Below are positions 54,100 through 64,000 of a stretch of 64,000 nt of DNA, piece after piece. Made by a program: the position numbers and the translations under genes. Location of the stretch: assembly GCA_951406725.2 (NCBI GenBank), contig OX597815.1, forward strand, positions 177,382,001 to 177,446,000. Reading direction: 5' to 3'. A model generated the notes under the pieces. The model made no database searches. It was not told the DNA's origin and saw nothing but the letters and a program-made list of their open reading frames with translations. The DNA comes from Octopus vulgaris. Its lineage: Eukaryota. The stretch's first letter is position 1. Each line of letters starts with the position of its first letter.

Positions 54100-54412
54100 T
54101 GCTTTTGTTCCCTCATAAGAATTCGTATTTCAAGGGCCCGCAACTCTTCAATATCCTTCCAAAAAGCATGCGAGACTTACGCGGGTTGGGTGTTGGTGTT
54201 TTGAAAGCAGAAGTGGATTTCTTCTATCAAGAGCTCCAGACGTACATACCTAGCAGCAAGGCATACGAATGGGACCAGCAACCGCGAACGCCTTTATTCA
54301 TCAAATGGGATTGAACCCAGAACCATGTGGTTTCAAGTAGTGACATTTTTGAAAAGCTAACGGTGGTCACCCAGTATGGCTGCACTTCTCGAGCTGAAAC
54401 TTATAAAAAAAC
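54100..54412 (+). mobile_element. CR1-clade LINE 3' end
   Basis: FKGPQLFNILPKSMRDL..VLKAEVDFF, then the tail CCCAGTATGGCTGCAC..GAGCTGAAACT and poly(A). A small family 1 SINE head fragment lies inside at about 54305-54335. Confidence 0.8.
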
Positions 54413-54418
54413 GCGCCC

Positions 54419-54419
<1 letters not shown>

Positions 54420-54499
<80 letters not shown>

Positions 54500-54516
54500 T
54501 GTGTGTGTGTGCGTGT
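54420..54516. repeat. (GT)n microsatellite
   Basis: Directly visible. Confidence 0.97.
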
Positions 54517-55052
54517 TTTCATAGTTTTTTTAAAAAAAAGTTTTCAAGTTTTATACTTGATTGTAATAAACAAGATTTTATTATTTAATCTGTAACAACT
54601 GTAGTCTCTTTGATGCGTTGAAATATACGTTCACGTATAAACAGTTGTTTTAATTCTAGTCATAGCATGTCGCCATAGAAAAAAAAGTATTTTCGCTACT
54701 ACATATGTTGGAACGAATAGTAATGTATTTTAAACATTATATATTTGATGCAACTTTCATATGTAATATTATGAACTTGAATTAGCTGTTACAATAAAAA
54801 TGTGAGAGAATTTTAGGTAGAAATCAATGGGGCGCTTACCTAGTGAAAAAAAATCAATATCCGTTTTAATGTTTGAAAGAATGGTTTCACACGTATAAAA
54901 AAGAACGGTCACACCAAAATATTAGAGACAGATTAAAATCAGTTACGACATTTTACCGCAAATCTTTCATGGATTTTATAGTTGATCCTCACCACAAAGC
55001 TTAAAATGAACCAAATGGATTTATAACAACTATTTCTCGCAGTAGTTTTCAA

Positions 55053-55441
55053 TTCTGTTATTTGCTTCAGTCATTTGTCTGCCGTCATGCTGGAAAACCG
55101 CATTTAGTCGAACAAATCCACCCCAGGACTTATTCTTTGTAAGCTTAGTACATCTTCCATCGGTCTCTTTTGCCGAACCGCTAGCTTACGGGGGTGTAAA
55201 CACACCAACATCGGTTGTCAAGCGATGGTGAGGGAACAAACACAGACACACAGACACACATACACACAATATGTATACGACGGTCTACTTTCAGTTTCCG
55301 TCTACCAAATACACTCACAAGGCTTTGGTCGGATCGAGGCTAGAGTAAAAGACTCTTCCCCAAGGTGCCATGCAGTGGGATTGAACCCAGAACCATGTGG
55401 TTAGTAAGCAAGCTACTTACCACACAGCCACTTCTGCGCCT
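55053..55441 (-). mobile_element. SINE family 1, full length
   Basis: Reverse complement aligns with the family consensus. Confidence 0.92.
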
Positions 55442-57879
55442 GTGTTTGATGCAATACATCATATGTTAAGTCTACGGATCAGAAATTAGCGGAGCAGATT
55501 GGCGTTCATCATCATTGTATAAGCAAAGTAGAACTATATTTTCGGCTATAAAAAGTAAACTTGAATAAGTTTAAATATTTTTACGTGTTCCTACTTTTTA
55601 TCTATATCACTTTTATAGTTTGTACTCATCTCAGTGTGGATTGTAAATGCATTGTTATATAAAATAAATAGTAAAAATAAGTTAAGAATATTCGTAACAC
55701 TACTAGTAAAAAATATATGTAGGGTCTTTTGTATATTCCTCTACTTCACTAACATGTTTTACGTTCAAGAATACGCACTGGCCTATTTTGCAGCCTAATT
55801 AACATAGCCAGTGGTGGGAAATTTCTATTGTAGAGTTCCTCGTATACGTTAATTCACACGAATCGCTTTTATAAAAGTTGCATTGTTGCTAATGAACACA
55901 TAGATGTCGCTGATAGCTCGTATAATTATAATTGAGAAAGCATTTAGCAATAGGACGTGATTCTTGCTTGCTAATGAACCGATTTTATGCAGTTGCCAAA
56001 GTTGAAATATAGAGCATCCATTATAGTTCATGAATACGGTGTTTATTAAATGCAGCAAGAAAAAAAAATGTATATTCTTTTCATATCGCAGATAAGCCAA
56101 CGAATAGATCATCAAAACTAGCATTCCGCCAAAATTGAGCATAATGCAGCACTTTGAAATGTGTGTGAAGGAATAGAAATTGTAGCTGCACGAATTTATT
56201 AATAATTTTCCTGGATTGTTTGCGTACAAATGTAAGTTTCATTATGCTCATTCATAGAAAAATGAAATATTCCAAAGACGTCTGCTTCTCTCGTTTCTTT
56301 TACTTTGTATTTTGCGTGGGATAATACATATTAGAACAAAAAAGTTTCCTCATTAAAATCAATACGTGAATAAAAATGTTGATTATGAAAAGGTATAGAT
56401 TCTTGCATTTGACTGAAAAATGTTTTGCGAAAATGTTTTTGTGTTATACAAATTTTACAAAATGTATCCTTTCGCTGAATATATCTTGTTAAAAGTTAAG
56501 AAAAAAACTTCAAATTCCATGTTCAATTTTTAACACCAATAAATCGACTTTCCGAAGGCGTATAGGAATTGGAGGAAAATAGATTGTCAAGGAAACAAAA
56601 TTATAATTACACTTTGCTTACTAGAAGCATTAACGCAAAATGTCTTGTCGCTTTGTTAACCACCGGCTTGAACTCTCTTAAGAAGAACTTAAATTAAACT
56701 CAAGAAAAAAGTATACACACACACACGCAGGCGTGCGTGTGTTGTGACTTCTGTTTCATAGACGACAGTGTCTATCATAAAGCAGTTTGTTGTCATACCC
56801 AGGGCATACCTTCATACATATAGGTGCGTATAATTGGTGAGGATTTATAACGATTTAGGAGAAAATTCTAAGGAACAGCAAGTTATTTTTGAGTTGATGA
56901 CGCTTGGTGATGATTCAACACTAAGAATCTTTTCATAAACCATCTCTTGTCGGTTCGATCAGTGATGATCAGCGGTCCCTTTGCTTTTGTATTTACAAGA
57001 CATTTGATGTGAAACTCTGTATTGAAACAGCCTGGGTTTGAGAGTGCTGTTACATCAACAAATACACACGCACAGATTCTGTTTCTTCAAGGTAATTAAC
57101 TAGTCAATTATTTGGTTTTAATCATTCAGTCGATCAATAAATCAGCTACTGAACGAGTAATCGAACAGTCGATTAGTTTGTGGAATAGTTGACTTTTGGT
57201 AAAATTGAAGCTGTCCCTCCCAAGATGCAATGAGATTGTAGCCTTTATTTATTGACATATATTAACAATAGTCTAAGAGTCACAAGACCTTCCCGAAGAA
57301 TTATAATCTGTAATTTCCGTTGTTATTTCTTTTTTATTTCACCTTTCATCCCTTCTTCTCATTGACAGTCACGATCAATGGCCCCTCGATTAGGACAACA
57401 ACTCCGTTTTGTTGAGTATTATTTGCTTACGTCATTCACTACGTAAAATGGATATTCTTTCGTCGTGTTTTACCCTAATATTTGCCATTGCTGTCCACGG
57501 GCACCTTGGTTCGATTTCTTGATTCATAGCTTTTGTCCGCATTAAAGCTGATAGGATCGAGTCAGGTGATTAAATCTGTGGTCAACTGATTATATGCTCT
57601 CCTCATAACATATCAACTGCTATGTTTCCCTCAGCAGATCAAATGATGACCTCATTCTATATATTTCTATCCACTTAGACTTTATACAAATAGGAGTGTA
57701 TTTTTCACATGTTAGCGAGTTGTAGCTCTACGCGAAAATACGAAAAGTAGTTAATAAATATCACATCGTTATTACTAAAGTACTTCATTATAATCTCCAT
57801 ATTTCATTCTCTGGACTTGTTAAGTTTCTCTTTAGATTCCTAACTTCGGTGTAAAAGGGGAACGCAGATATAGGGGTGG

Positions 57880-58192
57880 CATCACGTGATCACGTGACCG
57901 ACCAGGATATCAGATGTTGCTACACATCGCTGATCACAATACGCTTAGCATTCTTTTAGCCTTCAAATGACGCCACCCCGCTCGCTAAGCGAGCAGGCCA
58001 ACAGAAGAAAGTATGAGAGAAAGTTGTGGCGAAAGAGTACAGCAGGGATCACCACCACCCCCTGCCAGAGCCTCGTGGAGCTTTAGGTGTTTTTGCTCAA
58101 TAAACACTCACAACGCCCGGTCTGGAAATCGAAACCGCGATCCTGCGACCACGAGTCCGCTGTCCTAACCACTGGGCCATAGCGCCTCCGCA
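57880..58192 (-). mobile_element. SINE family 3 variant (tRNA-Arg-like head, (CACGTGAT)n tail)
   Basis: Minus strand has A box TGGCCCAGTGG, anticodon-like GACTCGTGGTC and B box GTTTCGATTTCC. GGGTGG is duplicated at both flanks. Confidence 0.85.
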
Positions 58193-58254
58193 AGGGTGGG
58201 GTGCCATATACACCCCTATATCTGCATTCCCTTTTTACATACACACCAATAAAA

Positions 58255-59100
58255 TTCATGTGTGGTATTTGTGAACCCTAAGAGAAAGCAAGTGTCCATG
58301 GATCAAAACCTGTTTGTTGATGTTGTTTTGATATGGTTTAGCGCTGATCCCCAAGATACATGATCATGGTTTCTAACAAAATGTATTCCATTCTTTTAAA
58401 GAATTTCTTCCTCCATTAACGGCTTTATAGGAAGGAGACTTATTTCTGTTAGGTTCGGCAACTCGGTAGAAGTCGTAGCTTCTACATTTTGAAATTCACT
58501 TCACACCATTATTTTGGAATCATTAGGTTTCTGACAATCGACCGCATTCTTCACTGAATATCTAATAACACTTTACACAACGGAATTAGATCTTGGAAAA
58601 TCAATTTTCCCATATTTCCTACAAATAAAACAAAAGCCCGATAAATTTGATGTTAAAAATATATTCGCAAAATCATGAAATCTATGTTAAAATATGCAGT
58701 TATAAGGACAAAGAGACTTTAAATAACGTCGTATTGCTCCTGCCCCAACTTTAGGAGATTTTGGCAGAATATTATAAATATTAATAATGGGTTACAGTTA
58801 TATACAAGAGAACTGAGATTAATATATAATTTAGAGAAGTGCCGTCTATCATTTCTCATTTCCAAATTTAAAGGCATAAGCTCCGTTTAGGTGCGATTAT
58901 ACGGTCCCTATGGACTATTCTCACCTTCCTTTCTAAGAATTTACTTTTCCATGTGATATTTGAAGAAGCGGATGAGAGTTTTGCCGAAGAGGAAAACATA
59001 TGTCATCATTTCTTCAGGTCAAGTCATCCACCCAACCTCCGTTGTAGTGGCCCTGATAAATAAGTGAAATTCATGGCCTTCCCCGGGTAAATGAATTTGT
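58255..59100 (-). mobile_element. Possible piggyBac transposase relic
   Basis: Minus-strand fragments in the expected order: KFIGLLF, LLPIKPLMEE, IHGHLLSLR (compare AFIGLL, LAPIR, IDEQLLAFRG). Confidence 0.4.
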
Positions 59101-59289
59101 GATGTTCATGGTAAACTTGGTTGATAACTATTTTTGTTCTATTCGCTACAAATGATGTTCAACAGAAGAACTCCACACTTAAGTAATGCCGAAATATTGA
59201 AAGAATATTTGCAAAACAGTTTCATTGCACTATATGCATATCAGATCGACAACTCTGACCGCAGTACTCTCTCTCTCTTTCTCTCTCTC

Positions 59290-59335
<46 letters not shown>

Positions 59336-59956
59336 ATTGGGCTGAAGTTTCACTAGTCCAGCCTGGCAAACGATTGTCATCAACACAGAGATATTCTGTG
59401 AGGACTACTTTATATTTTTCCATCACTCGTGCTCTGTAAAAAGCTAACATTTAAGTTCGACGTCTCCACTGACAATCTGATAGGGAGTAGTGATTGCCCA
59501 GCAATTTTTGTATTGTCAACCATCTAGTCTTGTAGGACACTTGACTCAAGAAAACTATTCTATCGAGGTGACAATAGGAAGATTCACTTCTTTCAAGGTT
59601 TACCATCAAAGATGGTTGAGAACTTTCCCCCGTCAATTACCGCTTAACTAAACTGTTGATACTGTCTCAATAAAGTTGGCGCTTACGTGGAAATGCAGTT
59701 CAGCTTCCAATAGGATGACGGTCCCTGTCTGTCAATGCAAACTAGTCCAAACTATTCTCGACTGGATAGGATCACACACTTTCAATACATTTGGAAACAT
59801 GTTCCGCAGACTCTCATTTGGTTTCGTTTATTTATAAGATATCAAATTTCAGTGTTTATACGAAAATTGTCCTAAAGTCATATGTAAGTGAGAGCTACAT
59901 ATATATCGTCTGGCATTTGTCATATAAATTGCATAAAACGGTAGAGTAAACTTTCA

Positions 59957-60253
<297 letters not shown>

Positions 60254-60258
<5 letters not shown>

Positions 60259-60500
60259 TTGGTGCATAATTATTGCGGCTTTTTTTGTTTCAACAAATTT
60301 TATTCAACAACAATATTTAACAAAAACATCTTCAAATGACAGTCTTACCGTCTGCCAAGCAAATAGGAAGCAGTAATTGAGATGAAAGGTGAATATGATC
60401 TCCAATAATCATTTAAAGATGCTTTTGCTACATGTAGTTATTGTTTTTGCTGAATATAATTTGTTGGGAAAAAAGCCGCAATAATTATGCACCAACCCAA
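60254..60500. mobile_element. Mariner-type MITE
   Basis: TIR GGTTGGTGCATAATTATTGCGGCTTTTTT, extending imperfectly to about 55 bp, resembles the Hsmar1/MADE1 ends. TA flanks. Confidence 0.9.
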
Positions 60501-61307
60501 TATATCTATCTATCTATATATATATATAGTAGCCAACACAATGTATGAGTAAACAATGGCTCATTGCTAAGCGAGTGACTTCGAAATCTATAGCAGGGAA
60601 CTTTAGCCGTCACACTTCCTGTGCCTAATAAGTTCAAGTCAATTACTAATTTCTCTTTCTTTCTATCTTTCTTTTTTCTTTCCTTCTTTCTTTTTTCTTT
60701 CTATCTTTCTTTCTTTCTCTTTCCTTCTCTTTTAATTTTCTCCGGGACACGCAGAATAGGAACGTCATTTATAGTATCCTTTTGTGCGGAACTGTTCGAG
60801 GTGATATCAAACCTGCCTCGCAGCATGACTGATATACAGCTGAAACGCGATTTGCTTCACCGAAGACATTATAGAAAATACCATATAAAATCAGAAGTTA
60901 ACGATGAAAGGAAATGTGACAAAGAGTGGAAAGAAGGAGAGCGCGTTAATGAATGCAATGTAACAGCTGAGAACGTAGCCAGAGACCACAATACATATTG
61001 CAGAATCACCAACAAGTGATTCATGTTTCAGTCTTTTTTCAGCAGAACATGATTGACATTCTTCTAAAAATATAACACTTTTATGATAAAATTAATGCAT
61101 TCGAATATTGTAAAGCATACAAATGTTTCGTAGTTTTGTCTTTTACAAGTTTCAGCTGTAGATATGCAACTAGAATTTCTCTCTAACTTTGGTTTCGTGA
61201 GATTTATAAGGCGAGGTTACGATACGTATTTTAAGCTAAGCATTAAACTAATATCCATTAGACATACATTCAGTATTATGTTTGCAAGTTCCTGGATAGT
61301 ACATTCA

Positions 61308-61389
<82 letters not shown>

Positions 61390-61804
61390 CATAGATGTTC
61401 AAATATGTGTACTCATGTATATACATAAGAACATAAAGCGTAATAGCGAATAAAATAAATTTTAAAAGTATGGTAATAGTTCATCATCTGGTTCAAGTTA
61501 GAAATCCCCAAATCATGAAATCGATGTCATGTGGATGGCAAATATTTTGCAGCATGAGGCTGCAGTGTATTCTTTCGAATTATGTAACCTAAGGAACTGT
61601 GCGTGCAATTATAATTTCGACGTATATACAGAGTCAATAAATACGAAGTTGTTCCATTAGAATATTTTTATCACTGCCAGGAGAAGCGAATATCCAAATC
61701 GTTAATATTCTTCCAAAAATAAAATAAGAAGGATTTAATGAAGGCAGATACCTCAGTTGTGACCACCCCCCTACTAAATTACATGACTTTGTATAATAAA
61801 AAAA

Positions 61805-61935
61805 AGTATCACAGGGCCTTGATCGGCGAGAGGCCAAACTACAAGACACTTGGCCAAGATGCTACGCAGTGGGAGTGATCTTGGAACCGTGTGGTTTTGA
61901 AGCAATATTCTCACCACACAGACAGCCCCGCTTCC
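61805..61935 (-). mobile_element. SINE family 1 head, old fragment
   Basis: Degenerate reverse complement of the head. Confidence 0.65.
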
Positions 61936-62530
61936 ATATGAATATACAGGCGCCCTTATTCCTCTAAATAACGAGCCACAAATGAAGACGGTTCTAATCC
62001 CGATGCAGTGGTGCAGTCACACACTCTAACAGTCTGGGAAATTCCTTTCACCTGAACCGCTTTCTTTCTACTCGTTCTCATTCCAAGATACAAACACCAA
62101 CATAACTGATTGATGACAATAACAAATCGCTTTCAGGTTGCACCATGAAAGAAATGTGTTATAACTTATAGCTTACTTTTTAATCGTTGGCAACTGTGAA
62201 GTAGCATAAAATTTATTTATTAATGCATTTAAATGGATTTCACAGAATATTAAAAAAAAAAGCAAGGCCTATTTACAGAATGCGTCACACTGCACTGACT
62301 TCAAATTCCTCATATGTACAACACAATTTCTCCCCAATAATTTTCAATGTTTATTCATCTTGCAGAAGAGCTGCTTAAATAGATTGTTAATCAACTTTAT
62401 ACAAGTTTAAAACATTCTGCTATAAGTAAAACAACTTTATTATTGATAAGAGCGATAATGTACATGTTCAAAATTATATAATTTTTCGTTTCCCTTTTTT
62501 TTTTAACTGAGGACTTTGCAGCTTGTCCAA

Positions 62531-62948
62531 TACCTATTTCTTTACCACCCACAAGGGGGTAAACACAGAAGGCACAAACAAGGACAGACAGATGGATCAA
62601 GTCGATTACATCGACACCAGTGCGTAACTGGTACTTAATTTATCGACCGCGAAAGGATGAAAGGCAAAGTCCGCCTCGGCAGAATTTGAACTCAGAACGT
62701 AACGGCAGACGAAGTACCTATTTCTTTACTACCCACAAGGGGCTAAACACAGAGAGGACAAACAAGGACAGACAGATGGATCGAGTCGATTACATCGACC
62801 CCAGTGTGTAACTGGTACTTAATTTATCGACTGCGAAAGGATGAAAGGCAAAGTCAGCCTCTGCAGAATTTGAACTCAGAACGTAACGGCAGACGAAACA
62901 CCGCTAAGAATTTCGCCCAGCCTGCCTGTTTCTGCCAGCTCGCCGCCT
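62531..62948 (-). mobile_element. SINE family 2, dimeric copy with TSD
   Basis: Head plus two bodies, flanked by CAG(C/T)TTGTCCAATAC at 62519 and 62949. Confidence 0.93.
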
Positions 62949-63316
62949 CAGTTTGTCCAATACGTTGATTTGCAACCTTATTCTGGCTTTAAATTCTAGA
63001 ATAGCTGACGCAGTCTTCATTATATATGACATTCAATTGTACATTAACACTTGTATAGATTGTATTCGATCGCATTGTGCTGTTGAATCGGATTGAAAGA
63101 AAGGAAAATGGAACGTGAGAAAAGATTTTCAGGTAACAGAGAACACTCTGGAAATGAAGAGTCTACAATGGTTTGGAAGGAAATTTGTAGAACCCAGTTT
63201 CGATATCACTGTAAACGCTTCCATTTTCTCTCGTTTCTATGAAATGACTCGGTAACCTGGAATCTATTTCGTGTTACTCCTGGTGTTCCACTGAAACTCT
63301 TTCTATATAATTTTTT

Positions 63317-63377
63317 CTGCTGCTGCTGCTAATACGGGTACCACTACTACAACTACTACTACTACTACTACTATTAA

Positions 63378-63452
<75 letters not shown>

Positions 63453-63535
63453 CATCACTACTACTACTACCATCACTACTACTACCATCACTACTACTAC
63501 TACTACTAATAATAATAATGATAATATTAATAATG

Positions 63536-63587
<52 letters not shown>

Positions 63588-63694
63588 TAATAATACCACC
63601 ACAAATATCAGCAGTAGCAGCAGCATCATCACCAATACACTTCCTCCTTCTCCTCCCCCTCCTCCTGATGCTCCTCCTCCTCCTCCTCCTCCTT

Positions 63695-63725
<31 letters not shown>

Positions 63726-63730
63726 CAATT
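63317..63730. repeat. Compound trinucleotide microsatellite (CTA)n/(AAT)n/(CTC)n
   Basis: Directly visible; source of the poly-Ser/Val/Ile ORFs. Confidence 0.96.
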
Positions 63731-64000
63731 TTATCGTCACGGTCCTTTGTTTCTTTCTTTGCTGACTTTTTCACTTTCTCTCTTTCTCTCTGTCTGTCTC
63801 TCTATCTCTGTCTCTCTCTATCTCTCTCCCTCTACACACATACATTTATAATCGACTAGTCCCTTCCCCCAAAATTACAGGCCTTGTGCCTATAATGGAA
63901 AGGAATCTTCTTTTTCTTTTTCTTTTTCTCCTTTTTCTTTTACTTTTTCTTCTCTTTTTCTTCTTCTTCTTCTTTTTTCCTCTTCTTCTTCTTTTTCTTC

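Noticed and set aside
59450-59820. Possible mariner relics here and at 11850-12260
   Set aside because: Only faint motif traces (for example KR*LTGES); insufficient to annotate.
63274-63859. Long poly-Ser/Ile/Val/Arg ORFs (similarly 3423-4042, 31579-31884, 46118-46438)
   Set aside because: Trinucleotide microsatellites open in several frames on both strands, with no domain content.

Overview
AT-rich, microsatellite-dense eukaryotic DNA. The repeat families look like those of an octopod cephalopod; this is inferred from repeat recognition and not confirmed. Most of the window is transposon debris. It includes a decayed near-full-length RTE LINE (2.4-5.9 kb), a decayed full-length Tx1/L1-clade LINE (19.1-24.6 kb), a Penelope RT/GIY-YIG fragment and a CR1 3' end. 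There are also several Tc1/mariner and piggyBac relics, a mariner MITE, Helitron-type elements and more than 20 tRNA-derived SINEs from at least five families. The only credible intact host-type coding region is an intronless 198-aa ORF (26519-27115). It resembles a strongly diverged proteasome activator PA28/REG (PSME3-like) subunit with a remodelled activation loop. Hidden structure includes about ten minimal hammerhead-ribozyme motifs from several Penelope-type terminal-repeat families, some with covarying or non-canonical cores (U3-A8, A6U, U15.1-A16.1). There is also a tRNA-headed element with a hammerhead tail and a solo 5S rRNA fused to a CR1-type 3' tail. Nearly all other ORFs in the track are microsatellite or repeat artefacts. 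All family assignments come from motif recognition by eye; no searches were run.
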